DNA from: an uncultured bacterium
Lineage (GTDB): Bacteria > Bacillota_I > Bacilli_A > Acholeplasmatales > Anaeroplasmataceae
Length of the DNA stretch: 64,000 nucleotides
Assembly (NCBI GenBank): GCA_949291115.1
Contig: CASETY010000002.1
Span: forward strand, 10,348-74,347
Direction: 5' to 3'
Shown here: in pieces, positions 32,542-43,700 of the stretch
Layout: every line of letters starts with the position of its first letter
Position numbering within the stretch: position 1 is the stretch's first letter
Translations under genes and position numbers: made by a program
Notes under the pieces: model-generated
Databases searched by the model: none
What the model was told of the DNA's origin: nothing
What the model saw: the letters and a program-made list of their open reading frames with translations, nothing else

Positions 32542-33432
32542 ATGCTTGATCAAAAATTAGAAACATTATTAAAAGTATGTGAGTTAAAAAACTACACAAC
32601 AGCTGCTAGTGAACTAAACCTTACCCAACCTGCTGTTAGCCAACACATTAAAGCTTTAGAAGATGAATATAATATAAAGATTTTCAACAAAGTTAATAAA
32701 GAATTAAAACTAACGGAATCTGGCCTTATTCTAGTAAAATATGCCAAAAGAATAGCTTCTTTATATAAAGAATTAGCAATTAAAATCGATGATGAAAAGA
32801 AACAAAAACAAAGTCTAATAGTCGGTGTTTCTCACACTTCAGAATCTAATGTTATTGCTGAAGTTTTAGCTACTTATTGTGCAAAAAATAAAGGCACAAG
32901 AATAAAAATAATTTCTGATACCATAAAAAATCTTTATGATAAATTACAATCATATGAGATTGACATCGCTATTGTCGAAGGTGTTATACCTTCTAAAAAA
33001 TATAATTCAGTGCTCTTAGACACTGATAATTTAGTCGTCGTCTTAAGTAATGATCATCCTCTTGCTTCCCAAGCTTTAATTAACATTAATGATTTAAAAA
33101 AAGAAAACCTAATTTTGCGCTCTTCTAACAGCCAAACCACTACTCTATTTGAACAAGTTTTGAACAACGCTAACATTGCCTTAAAAGATTTAAACATTAT
33201 TTTAGAATTAGATAACATTGCAACGATTAAAGATTTAGTTGCTCATAATAGAGGAATTTCTATCTTACCAAAAAGTGCTTGTTACCATGAAATAAAACAT
33301 AAAACCTTACAAATTAGACCTATTGCTAATTTTAATATGACAAGAGATATTAACATTATCTTCCCAAAGAACTTTGAATATGATTATATTTTAAACGAAA
33401 TCATTTCTATTTATAATTCAATAGTCCATTAA
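32542..33432 (+). CDS. LysR family transcriptional regulator
   Basis: 296 aa. The N-terminal wHTH is NYTTAASELNLTQPAVSQHIKALEDEY. It is divergent from the antiporter gene. Confidence 0.9.
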   Translation: MLDQKLETLLKVCELKNYTTAASELNLTQPAVSQHIKALEDEYNIKIFNKVNKELKLTESGLILVKYAKRIASLYKELAIKIDDEKKQKQSLIVGVSHTSESNVIAEVLATYCAKNKGTRIKIISDTIKNLYDKLQSYEIDIAIVEGVIPSKKYNSVLLDTDNLVVVLSNDHPLASQALININDLKKENLILRSSNSQTTTLFEQVLNNANIALKDLNIILELDNIATIKDLVAHNRGISILPKSACYHEIKHKTLQIRPIANFNMTRDINIIFPKNFEYDYILNEIISIYNSIVH

Positions 33433-33473
33433 TAAAGGGAAGCCAAAAGCTTCCCTTTATTAGCATTAAAATA

Positions 33474-34328
33474 TTAAATTAAAAGATAAATCGCTATACC
33501 TAAAATACAAGTACTTAAATTAGCTATAAAACTATAAGCAATTACTCTAAGTGTATTTTTGTCTTTCATACTAAAACAATATATAATAGCTTCTAATACA
33601 AATACTAAAAATTCAGCTAATATAAACAACATTGCTTCAAATATGAAGAAACTATTGTAATAAGCCACAATATTTAAACCTAAATTTAAAACTACTTGCG
33701 TAACAATATTAGTAAATAAGATAATTAATATATCTTTTTTAGTATTAAACTTAAATAATAAGGCAATTCCAATTTCAACTAAAACAGTTACAACTATTCT
33801 TACAATTAAACTTATTATCTCGGTTAAATAATCATAATTGTTTGTTAATTCTAGAGTTGTTTTATTTAAATCCACAAAATAATAACTATTAAAAGCGTAT
33901 GTTTCATATATTTCACTAATAATAAACTTATTATTTAAACTGTCATAAATCAACAATTTAAAATCAGTTGGTGGATAATATAAAATATTATATTGTGCAC
34001 TTTCTAAATTAATTATTGCATACGATAAATAATAATTATCACTATCCTGATAATTAAAGAAAGCCATAAAAACTTCATCACTAATATTAGAGGCTATCCT
34101 CTCTTTAAAATCAGCTATGTTTTCTTCATTAACTTCATCATAAAGTTCACTAAAAGATAAATGTGGACCATATAAAGAATCTTTACTCAATACAGTTACA
34201 TATAAATTTTGATCACTTTCATTAAACTCTATTTCTAACGTTCTTTTAGGACCAAAATCAGCACTAACTAGCGGAGTAATAATTAAAGCAATAATTAAAA
34301 ATGACAAAAATAATAAAAACTTTTTCAT
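33474..34328 (-). CDS. Hypothetical secreted/membrane protein (signal peptide, ~160-aa ectodomain, 4 C-terminal TM)
   Basis: 284 aa. It begins MKKFLLFLSFLIIALIITPLVSA and has C-terminal TM helices rich in conserved-looking Glu (VLVEIGIALL, ILAEFLVFVLEAIIY). Confidence 0.5.
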   Translation of the reverse strand: MKKFLLFLSFLIIALIITPLVSADFGPKRTLEIEFNESDQNLYVTVLSKDSLYGPHLSFSELYDEVNEENIADFKERIASNISDEVFMAFFNYQDSDNYYLSYAIINLESAQYNILYYPPTDFKLLIYDSLNNKFIISEIYETYAFNSYYFVDLNKTTLELTNNYDYLTEIISLIVRIVVTVLVEIGIALLFKFNTKKDILIILFTNIVTQVVLNLGLNIVAYYNSFFIFEAMLFILAEFLVFVLEAIIYCFSMKDKNTLRVIAYSFIANLSTCILGIAIYLLI

Positions 34329-34363
34329 GTTAACACCTCCTAAAAATGTCTTAACTACACTAT

Positions 34364-35617
34364 TTAATTATCTAACATTATATCTAATATTTCTTTATCA
34401 GTTTCTTTCATTCCCTTATTAGCTAAACGACCAACATTTTTTATTGTTTCATCTACGCCTTTAGTAATAATACCTTCACCAGCTTTAAATTCCTTATTAT
34501 GTTGATACATATCAGCACCTAAAAAACCAGCTTCTAAAGCTAATGCAATCTTCGCTGCACAAGATGATTTTGCCCCATCACAAATTATACCAGAAGCAAT
34601 AGCTAAACCATTTACAATTGTATGATTAACAGCCTCTATACTGCCACCAAGCATATAAGTAATCGCACCTACTGAAGCAATAGCTGCACTAATTGCTCCG
34701 CAAAAAGCTGATAGTCTACCAATGTCCTTTTTTTCTTCTAAAGCTACTAAATTACTAACAATTAAAGCTCTTAAAAGCTTTTCTTCTTCAATGTCATACT
34801 CCTTAGCAAATATAACTAGAGGTACCGATGTAGTAATTCCTTGATTGCCACTACCAGATATTATCACAACTGGCATTTCACAACCACTCATTCTTGCATC
34901 TGAAGCAGCTGCTGCATAAGCTTTAGCTTTATCTTTTACTAAAGTTGCTTTTTCAAGAATAATTTTGCCAATGGAAGCCCCGTATTTTCCATCAATACCT
35001 TCTTTTGCAATATTAAAGTTATATTCAAGTTGTCTTTTTAAGATTGGTTTTAATCTATTTAAATTAACATTATTAGCAAATTCTATAATATCTTTTACAT
35101 TTAAAGTTCCGTATTCTTTTTCTTTAGTTTGACTAAGATCTTCTTTTTTTAAGATTATATTTTTGTTTTTCCTTATATATGTTACATTATTATGAAAATC
35201 TTCAATAATTACTTCTAATTCATCATTACCATAATAAGCTTTTAAATCAATATATAAGTTTTTACAATTATAGGCAACCTTAACATCAATGTTACTAGCT
35301 ATTTGTTCAATTAATGGTGCTTTAGATGGTGATAACTTACTTAAAATTTCTAAATCTAACGAAGAAAGGCCAACTACCATGCCAGCCGCAATTGCATTTT
35401 TAATACCTTTTAAACCATTAGTATTAGGAATAGTTACACTTTTAGCATTTTTTACAATATTAGGACAGATATAAGCTTCTACCCTTGTAGGAAACACACC
35501 TAAATTTTCTTTAATTTTAGCCCCAGCCAAGCTTAAGGCAATTGGTTCTGTACATCCTAAAGCAACAATTAATTCATCTTCTAATAATTTTTCATATAAT
35601 GCGAATTTATCTTCCAT
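34364..35617 (-). CDS. UPF0597/YhaM(CyuA)-like L-cysteine desulfidase family protein
   Basis: 417 aa. ALGCTEPIALSLAGA, ASDARMSGCEMPVVIISGSGNQGITTS and ICDGAKSSCAAKIA align with E. coli YhaM blocks as I recall them. Confidence 0.7.
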   Translation of the reverse strand: MEDKFALYEKLLEDELIVALGCTEPIALSLAGAKIKENLGVFPTRVEAYICPNIVKNAKSVTIPNTNGLKGIKNAIAAGMVVGLSSLDLEILSKLSPSKAPLIEQIASNIDVKVAYNCKNLYIDLKAYYGNDELEVIIEDFHNNVTYIRKNKNIILKKEDLSQTKEKEYGTLNVKDIIEFANNVNLNRLKPILKRQLEYNFNIAKEGIDGKYGASIGKIILEKATLVKDKAKAYAAAASDARMSGCEMPVVIISGSGNQGITTSVPLVIFAKEYDIEEEKLLRALIVSNLVALEEKKDIGRLSAFCGAISAAIASVGAITYMLGGSIEAVNHTIVNGLAIASGIICDGAKSSCAAKIALALEAGFLGADMYQHNKEFKAGEGIITKGVDETIKNVGRLANKGMKETDKEILDIMLDN

Positions 35618-35648
35618 AATATATCAACCCTTATTTATATTATGCAAC

Positions 35649-35688
35649 AAAAAACAAAAAAGTTCTAGCCTTAATAAACTAGAACTTT
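35649..35688 (-). terminator. Intrinsic terminator after the yhhQ-SDR pair
   Basis: Minus strand has AGUUCUAG-10 nt-CUAGAACU followed by UUUUUUGUUUUUU. Confidence 0.55.
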
Positions 35689-35694
35689 TATAAA

Positions 35695-36342
35695 TTACCA
35701 AACAAAATTAAAATTAGCTGCTTCACCATTGTCAATTAAAATATCTTGGGCCGTCATAGATTTATTAATCACAGTTACAAAATAAGCCCAATCTGCTATT
35801 TCTTCTACACTTGCCCATTTTTTAAGTAAAGCTTCATTAATTACTTCATTCCATAATTTTTCATCATCTAAAATATGACGATTTAATTCAGTTATAACTC
35901 CACCTGGCGATAGACTATTAGAAGTTGCTTTATAAGGAGCAAGTCTTAAAGCTACATTTTTCATATAAGCAACCATACCACCTTTACTTGCCGCATATAA
36001 CGGAAATTCAGCACCAGATGAAGCACTACTTGAAGCTATAAATAGTACACTTTTTATACCTTCATGAAAAGCATATTTTTCCGTTATTCTAATTGTACCT
36101 TTTAAATTAACATCAATATCATCAACACTATTTTGAACGCCAGCATTATTGATTAAAATGTCAATATCATCAAGAGTAAATAACTCAGCTTTATAAATAT
36201 CAACAATATAGTGTTTATAATTCTTATCTTTAATCTGACTTTCTTTAATGTCAAAGCCTATAACTTGATGACCTTCTTTTAAAAACTTTTTTGCAATAGC
36301 TTCACCAATCCCCATTGCTGTCCCAGTAATTAAAACTTTCAT
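35695..36342 (-). CDS. Short-chain dehydrogenase/reductase (SDR) family oxidoreductase
   Basis: 215 aa, with TGTAMGIGEAIA, NNAG, and Ser plus YAASK. The start lies 1 nt after the yhhQ-like stop. Confidence 0.8.
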   Translation of the reverse strand: MKVLITGTAMGIGEAIAKKFLKEGHQVIGFDIKESQIKDKNYKHYIVDIYKAELFTLDDIDILINNAGVQNSVDDIDVNLKGTIRITEKYAFHEGIKSVLFIASSSASSGAEFPLYAASKGGMVAYMKNVALRLAPYKATSNSLSPGGVITELNRHILDDEKLWNEVINEALLKKWASVEEIADWAYFVTVINKSMTAQDILIDNGEAANFNFVW

Positions 36343-36343
36343 C

Positions 36344-37096
36344 TTATTTACCTTCTTTCAAACTCTCTTTAAATTCAAAATATTCTTTACCAACATTATT
36401 TAATTTCATTTTGGCAGTTATTTTATAACCAAAATAAGAAAATATCGCTTCACATAATAATTCAACTAACATACCAGTAAATGAACACATTACACATTGG
36501 AGCATTGTCCAACCAAAAAACACATGGCTAACAATAAGGGCAAATAAGAAATTATCCACAAATTGGCCAAGCAAAGTTGATGTATAAGATCTTATAAAGT
36601 AACTGGCTTTACTATCAGGATTTTTTCTAAATAAAAGACCTAAGCCATAATTAGAAAAGTTATTAACAAAACTAGCTACTAAAAAAGCACATGTTGAACC
36701 TAAAATAACATACCAAGTTGAACCAATGGTATTATTTAAAGCATTATTAATGATATTTTCACTGCCAGGTATGTAAGCTTCTCCCCAGGTTCCAGGAATT
36801 AAACTAGCTAAAAAGAATATCAAGCTAAAGAACAAATTAAAGAAAATAGCTAGGATTGAAAGCTCAGTAGCAGCCTTAGGACCAAAATGTTTAACAATAA
36901 TATCCATCGCTAAAAAAGAACCCCAAGATATAATAATACCTGTATCTAAAGCTAGCCATGAAACACCTAAATCAATACTCTTATTAGCTAAAATATTCAT
37001 GGCAAAAACAACCATATAAAAGAATACCATTAATAATATTGGTACACTTTTTAACAATAATTTTAATTCAATCAATTCATTTTTAATTCTTTTCAT
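36344..37096 (-). CDS. yhhQ: VUT/YhhQ family (DUF165) queuosine-precursor transporter
   Basis: 250 aa and polytopic. The D..VK.FG and ...RSYTSTLLGQFVDNFLF... blocks resemble E. coli YhhQ. A preQ1-type leader sits upstream. Confidence 0.7.
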   Translation of the reverse strand: MKRIKNELIELKLLLKSVPILLMVFFYMVVFAMNILANKSIDLGVSWLALDTGIIISWGSFLAMDIIVKHFGPKAATELSILAIFFNLFFSLIFFLASLIPGTWGEAYIPGSENIINNALNNTIGSTWYVILGSTCAFLVASFVNNFSNYGLGLLFRKNPDSKASYFIRSYTSTLLGQFVDNFLFALIVSHVFFGWTMLQCVMCSFTGMLVELLCEAIFSYFGYKITAKMKLNNVGKEYFEFKESLKEGK

Positions 37097-37129
37097 ATTT
37101 TACACCTCTTAAAATTTAGTGTGCCATAC

Positions 37130-37197
37130 AAAAGAAAAGGGCGCAATGCGCCCATCTTCCCTAGTTTTATTTATAGACAGGATGGTCACGAACTGTC
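37130..37197 (-). promoter_or_regulatory. preQ1-I riboswitch with terminator expression platform
   Basis: Minus strand reads GACAG-UUCGUGACCAUC-CUGUC-UAUAAAUAAAACUAGGG. The format is the same as B. subtilis queC (AGAGG-UUCUAGCUACAC-CCUCU-AUAAAAAACUAAGG). GGGCGC-auu-GCGCCC and UUUUCUUUU follow (37153..37130). Confidence 0.6.
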
Positions 37198-37251
37198 TTG
37201 CCAAAAAGCATATAAAATATATCACATACTTATTTTAGATGCAACTTATTT

Positions 37252-38697
37252 TTAATTTTCAGTAAAAACTTTCTTTAAAGCTGGGTATAGTTTTTTATAA
37301 TAATGATATTTAAGATTATACTCTTCAATATCTTTAGGTTCATAAACTATATCATAATTAACTAATTTATCAATTTGATCAAAAGTAAGTCTACCATCGC
37401 CAATCATAGCTAAAATGATAGCTCCGAAAGAAGGGCCTTGTTCATTTTTCAAAGTTTTAACTTCAATACCTAAAATATTAGCTAAAATTTGACCCCATAA
37501 TTTAGAACGTGAACCTCCACCACACAAGCTAGCACTTGTAATATTAATTCCACTTTGTTTTACAATTTCTAAAGAATCACGTATCGCAAAACCAACACCT
37601 TCTAATATAGCTTTTGACATACTAGCCTTAGTAGTCGTTGTGGTAAGACCAATAAAAGCACCTTTAGCTAAAGTATCGTTATGAGGACTCCTTTCCCCTT
37701 GTAAATATGGTAAGAAGTATAAATCTTTCGTTAAAACTTTTTTCATTTCTTCTTCATCTAAAGCATAATCATCTGTTTTTAAAATATCTTCTAACCACCA
37801 TTTACGACAATTAGCTGCACTTAAAATACACCCCATTATATAGCTACCTTTAATATGTGAAAAGATATGAACACCATAACTATTTAAAATAGGAACTTCT
37901 TTTACTGGCATTAAAATAGTGCCACTTGTCCCTAAACTGATATTGCATGTCCCTTCTAAAAGTGTATTAGTGCCAATAGCAGCAAGAGCGTTATCAGCCC
38001 CACCAGCAACGACTTTTGTCTTAGCAAAGCCATATTTCAGTTGGAGTTCTTCTTTTACTAAACCAATTACTTCATAACTTTCATATAGCTTAGGCAATTG
38101 TTCAACTTTTATATTAACTAATTCTAACATCTCTTTACTATATGTTCTTTTTCTAACATCTAACAACAATGTTCCTGCCATATCTGTATAATCAGAGGCG
38201 AAGATATTAGTTAAATAGTAAATTAAATAATCCTTAGGGAGCATAATTTTTTTAATTTTAGAAAAATTAGTTGGCTCATTCTTAGCTAACCACTTAAATT
38301 TTGGTAAAGTAAAACCACCATAGCTAATATTAGCTGTATGTTCATAAATAAATTCTTTATTTTGATTTAGTTCCTCATTTTCTAGAGTAGTTCTACCATC
38401 ATTCCAAAGTATACAAGGCCTTATAACTTGATCTTTTTCATCTAAAATAACTAAACCATGCATCTGACCGGAAATAGCTAACGCTCTAACTTCTTTTAAA
38501 TATTCTTTTAAGTCTAATAAAACCTTGTCTAAAGCTTCTAACCACGTTTTAGGATCTTGCTGTGTCCCATTATTTTCAACATATTTAACATCATAACTTG
38601 CACTAGTGCCCTTAATAATATTACCTTTATCATCACTAAGTAAAGCTTTTAAAGCACTAGTGCCTAAATCTAGACCTAAATACATGTTAGTTACCAA
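37252..38697 (-). CDS. xylB: Xylulokinase (FGGY family)
   Basis: 481 aa, with [12 protein letters not shown] and GGGSRS. It is adjacent to, and overlaps, xylA. Confidence 0.85.
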   Translation of the reverse strand: MVTNMYLGLDLGTSALKALLSDDKGNIIKGTSASYDVKYVENNGTQQDPKTWLEALDKVLLDLKEYLKEVRALAISGQMHGLVILDEKDQVIRPCILWNDGRTTLENEELNQNKEFIYEHTANISYGGFTLPKFKWLAKNEPTNFSKIKKIMLPKDYLIYYLTNIFASDYTDMAGTLLLDVRKRTYSKEMLELVNIKVEQLPKLYESYEVIGLVKEELQLKYGFAKTKVVAGGADNALAAIGTNTLLEGTCNISLGTSGTILMPVKEVPILNSYGVHIFSHIKGSYIMGCILSAANCRKWWLEDILKTDDYALDEEEMKKVLTKDLYFLPYLQGERSPHNDTLAKGAFIGLTTTTTKASMSKAILEGVGFAIRDSLEIVKQSGINITSASLCGGGSRSKLWGQILANILGIEVKTLKNEQGPSFGAIILAMIGDGRLTFDQIDKLVNYDIVYEPKDIEEYNLKYHYYKKLYPALKKVFTEN

Positions 38698-40003
38698 ACA
38701 TTACTTGATTAATAATACTCTCTAAATATTCTTGCTTACCAGAATGTGGTAAATCACAAGTCTTTTTATTAACTGCATAACTAGCAAGTTCTTCTAAAGT
38801 TGTTTCATTATTTATTAATTTTTTACCAAGTTCATTATTTTTAAAAGAAGCATATTTGTTATTTAAGAATTCTTCTAAACGGCCATCATTAATAATTTTT
38901 TCAGCATTTAATAATCCTAAAGCAAAAGTATCCATACCTAAAATATAAGCTTCAAAAGTATCTTCCCAAGTATTAGATGGTCTTCTTGTTTTAGCATCAA
39001 AGTTAAAGCCACCTGTTAAGCCGCCATTATTTAACACTTCTAACATGGCATAAGTTGCACTATAAACATCAAATGGGAATTCATCAGTATCCCAACCTAA
39101 TAAATAATCACCTTGATTAGCATCTATCGAACCTAACATACCATTGATACTAGCAATTCTTAAATCATGTTCAAAAGTATGGCCAGCTAAAGTAGCATGA
39201 TTAGCTTCAATATTTAATTTGAAATCTTTATCTAAATTATGAGCTTTTAAAAAACCAATAGCGGTAGCTGCATCAAAATCATATTGATGTTTCATTGGTT
39301 CTTTTGGTTTTGGTTCGATATAGAAATCACCTTTAAAACCAATCTTACGACCATAATCACGAGCCATAGTCATTAATCTTGCAATGTTTTCTAATTCGAA
39401 TTTAACATCTGTATTAAGTAATGTTTCATATCCTTCACGGCCTCCCCAGAATACAAAACCTCTACCACCAAGTTTAACAGTAATATCTAATGCTTTTTTT
39501 ACTTGTGCACAGGCAAAAGTATATACATCAAAATCATTAGTTGAGCCAGCCCCGTTCATAAAACGAGGATTAGAAAACATATTAGCAGTACCCCATAAAC
39601 ATTTAATATCAGTTCCTTGCATCTTTTCTAATATATAATCAGAAATTTCATCTAAACGTTTATTAGTCACATTAATATCTTTATCTTCTGGTACTAAATC
39701 AACATCATGGAAACAAAAATATTTAATTCCTAATTTTTGCATAAACTCAAAACCAGCATCAACCTTAGCTTTAGCTAAATCCATACTATTTAATTCTTTA
39801 CCAAAAGACTTATCAGCAGTGCCAACACCAAACATATCAGTACCATTAGCACCTAAAGTATGCCACCAACTCATAGCGAATTCTAAATGTTCGCTCATCT
39901 TTTTGCCTAAAACAACTTTATCTTTATCATAAAACTTAAATGCTAAAGGATTTTTGCTTTTAGCACCTTCATATTTAATTTCTGGTATATTTTTAAAAAT
40001 CAT
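38687..40003 (-). CDS. xylA: Xylose isomerase
   Basis: 438 aa, with [35 protein letters not shown] and GWDTDEF. Confidence 0.96.
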   Translation of the reverse strand: MIFKNIPEIKYEGAKSKNPLAFKFYDKDKVVLGKKMSEHLEFAMSWWHTLGANGTDMFGVGTADKSFGKELNSMDLAKAKVDAGFEFMQKLGIKYFCFHDVDLVPEDKDINVTNKRLDEISDYILEKMQGTDIKCLWGTANMFSNPRFMNGAGSTNDFDVYTFACAQVKKALDITVKLGGRGFVFWGGREGYETLLNTDVKFELENIARLMTMARDYGRKIGFKGDFYIEPKPKEPMKHQYDFDAATAIGFLKAHNLDKDFKLNIEANHATLAGHTFEHDLRIASINGMLGSIDANQGDYLLGWDTDEFPFDVYSATYAMLEVLNNGGLTGGFNFDAKTRRPSNTWEDTFEAYILGMDTFALGLLNAEKIINDGRLEEFLNNKYASFKNNELGKKLINNETTLEELASYAVNKKTCDLPHSGKQEYLESIINQVMFGN

Positions 40004-40022
40004 TTTGTTTTCTCTCTTTCAA

Positions 40023-40667
40023 TTATATTTCTTTTAATTTACTTAAATTATCAAGTTTAATAACATCATTACTTACTTCAAATAAAACTAAGTCAGGTAT
40101 CCAAACAACTTTCATCTTAGCATTTAATGCGGCGTCAACGCCAGCTTTACTATCTTCTATAACTAAACATTTATCAACTGAAATATTAAAGTGGTTACTA
40201 CAATTCAAAAATATTTCTGGATTTGGCTTAGATTGTTTAAAATCTTCACCACTAACAATGTAATCAAAATAATCAGTTAATTTTGTATCTCTTAAATTAT
40301 CCATAATTAATTTTTTGTTTGAAGATGAGGCTAAAGCTATTTTTTTATTATTGGTTTTCAAATAATTTAATGTTTCAATAAGGCCATTTTTTAAAGGAAC
40401 ACCATTATATCTTAATTCATGTTCTAATTTTTGATCACGAATATTTTTTAATTCAATAAAATCAATATCGGAACCATAATATTGTTCAAACATTTTTTTA
40501 GAATCACTTATGTTACGACCTTTAATACTATCCATAAATGCTTTATTAGGTAACAAATTATATTTTTCAAAAATATTAAGCCATATTTTTTCCGCTAATC
40601 TTTCGGTATCAAACATGACACCATCCATATCAAAAATAACACATTCTATTTTATCTAATAATTTCAT
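40023..40667 (-). CDS. HAD-superfamily hydrolase (beta-phosphoglucomutase/sugar-phosphatase-like)
   Basis: 214 aa, with DMDGVMFDTE (DxD), ALASSS, K and EDSKAGV motifs. Confidence 0.8.
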   Translation of the reverse strand: MKLLDKIECVIFDMDGVMFDTERLAEKIWLNIFEKYNLLPNKAFMDSIKGRNISDSKKMFEQYYGSDIDFIELKNIRDQKLEHELRYNGVPLKNGLIETLNYLKTNNKKIALASSSNKKLIMDNLRDTKLTDYFDYIVSGEDFKQSKPNPEIFLNCSNHFNISVDKCLVIEDSKAGVDAALNAKMKVVWIPDLVLFEVSNDVIKLDNLSKLKEI

Positions 40668-40679
40668 AACATTTATTAA

Positions 40680-40717
40680 TAAACAAAAAGAAGCTCTAAC
40701 TTTAAATTAGAGCCTCT
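40680..40717 (-). terminator. Intrinsic terminator after nifJ
   Basis: Minus strand has AGAGGCUCUAA-uuuaaag-UUAGAGCUUCU followed by UUUUGUUU. Confidence 0.55.
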
Positions 40718-40730
40718 TTTAGTTATTTAA

Positions 40731-43700
40731 TTATCCTTCATAATGTGGGTCTTCTGCCATCTTTTTATATCTAGCATAACGACGCTGTGCATCTAATTTA
40801 TTATATTCTAATAATTCTTTAGCATGTTCAGGGTTAATCTTAGTTAATTGAGCATAACGACCTTCATTTAATAGGAATGCTTCGTATTTATCCCAATCTG
40901 GTTCTTTTGAGTCAAGAGTAAATGGATTTTTACCTTCTTTAGCTAAATCAGGATTAAATCTGAATGTTGGCCAGTAGCCACATTCTGTAGCTAATCTAGC
41001 TTCATTTTGGCTCATGAATAAGCCTTTCTTAATATTGTGAGCAATACATGGAGCATAAGCAATAACAATTGATGGACCATGATATGCTTCAGCTTCTTTT
41101 AAGGCTTGAATTACTTGATTTTGGTTATAACCATGACAAATTTGAGCTACATATACATGACCATAACTCATAGCAATTGAAGCTAAGTCTTTCTTCTTAG
41201 TAGGTTTACCAGCAGCTGCGAATTTAGCAATTGCACCGAAACGACTTGATTTAGATGCTTGACCACCAGTATTTGAGTAAACTTCAGTATCTAATACTAA
41301 AATATTTACATCTTGATTATTAGCGATTACGTGGTCTAAACCTCCATAACCAATATCGTAAGCCCAACCATCACCACCAATAATCCATTGAGATGATTTA
41401 ACAAAGTATTGTTTTAATTCTAAAATTTCTTTTGCATAAGGAGCATCTACTTTACCTAAAGCTTCTTCTAATTTCTTAGCTAAGCCTAAAGTGTAAACTC
41501 CTTCTTCTCTATGTTGTACCCAATCTTCACATAATGCTTTAACATCAGCTGGCATATCAGCATAATGATTTACCATTAATGTTTGAATACGATCTCTCAT
41601 TGTTGTATAAGCAATTTCCATACCGAAACCAAATTCAGCATTGTCTTCAAATAATGAGTTAGCCCATGCTGGACCACGACCATTAGCATCAGTTGTATAT
41701 GGACTAGATGGATATGAACCAGAGTAAATAGATGAACAACCTGTAGCATTTGCTACCATCATTCTATTACCAAATAATTGAGAAACAGCTTTAACATATG
41801 GAGTTTCACCACAACCACCACAAGCACCACTGAATTCAAATAATGGTTTATGGAATTGAACGTTCTTAGCATTATTAGCTGGAACTAAATCTTCTTTATA
41901 AGAAACTTTATCATAGAAGAATTGAGCAAGTTCAACTTCACCAGCTTCTCTAGCAGCTAAAATTGGATGACTAGTTAAAGCTTTAGCTTTCTTAATTGAA
42001 CCATCAGCATTCTTAACTGGTTTGCCATCTTCACCTTTAACTGGTTTACCAGGACAAACTGTTAAACATACACCACAACCTGTACAATCTAATACAGATA
42101 CATTAATTGCATATTTATAACCTTTGAAGCCAGTTGCATCTAATAATTTAGCATTAGCAGGGGCAGCTTTAACTTCTTCTTCATTTAATAAGAATGGACG
42201 AATACATGCATGTGGACAAGCAAATGCACATTGATTACATTGAATACAATATTCAGGATCCCAAGCAGGAACATCAGTAGCTACACCACGTTTTTCGTAA
42301 GCAGCTGTACCTTGAGGCATATGACCATCTAAGTAATCTTTGAAAGCAGATACTGGTAATGTGTCACCCTTAATTGAATCAATAACTTCAGCAATCTTAG
42401 TAACGAAAGCTGGTTTAGATAATGTAGATTTAGCTTCTACTTTAGTTGCATCTAAGTTAGCCCATTCAGGTTTAACTTCAACTTCAACTAAACGAGAACC
42501 ACCTAAATCAATTGCTTTATGATTTTGTTCAACAACTTCTTGACCTTTCTTAGCATAAGTCTTAGTTGCGAATTCTTTCATATGAACGCATGCTTCATCA
42601 TAAGGCATTACATTTTGATTTAACTTGAAGAATGCAGATTGCATTACAGTATTAACACCTAAACCTGGACGGAAGCCACATTCTCTAGCAGCTTGATAAG
42701 CGTTAATGATATATAATTTAGCATGTTTTTCAGCTAAAATTTTCTTATATGAATTTGGTAATAATTCTTCAATATGATCTTTATCAGTCACAGTGTTAAG
42801 TAAGAAAGTACCTCCATCACGTAAACCAGAAATCATATCAAATTTCTTTAAGTATGCATCTAATGAACAAGATACAAAGTGAGGATTATTTACTAAATAA
42901 GTTGAACGAATTGGGTTTTTACCAAAACGTAAGTGTAATCTAGTAGAACCACCTGATTTTTTAGAGTCGTATGCTGCATAGCTTTGTGCATATAAATCAG
43001 TATAGTCACCAACAATCTTAGAAATATTTTTACATGCACCTACAGTACCATCAGAACCTAAACCGAAGAATAATAATTCAGTAGTATCTTTATCAGCTGT
43101 ATCGATATGTTCTGAATAATCTAAAGATGTATGACCTAAATCATCATTAATACCTAATGTGAATTGGTTCTTTGGATCTTTACTAGCTAAGTTCTTGTAA
43201 ACAGCATAAACCATATCTGGTGTAGTATCTTTACTTGATAAACCATAAACACCACCAACAATAGTAGGTTCATCTTTTGCACCATAGTATACAGAACGTA
43301 CATCTAAGTATAATGGTTCACCAACTGAACCTTGTTCAATTGTTCTGTCTAATACAGCAATTCTCTTAACTGTTTTAGGCATAGCTTCTAAGAAATATTC
43401 TTTAGCGAATGGACGATATAAATGAACAATCATTAAACCAACCTTTTCGCCTTTAGCTGTTAAATAATCAACAACTTCTTGAGCTGTTTGAGTTACTGAA
43501 CCCATAGCAACGATAACATCAGTTGCGTCTTTTGCACCATAGTAAACATAAGGAGCATAGTGACGACCAGTAGCTTCACTAATTTTTTCCATATAATCTT
43601 TTACAATTGCAGGAACTTTAGCATATTGTAAAGCTTGTAATTGTCTAGTTTGGAAATAAACGTCATCATTTTGAGCTGTACCACGTGTTTTAGGGAATGC

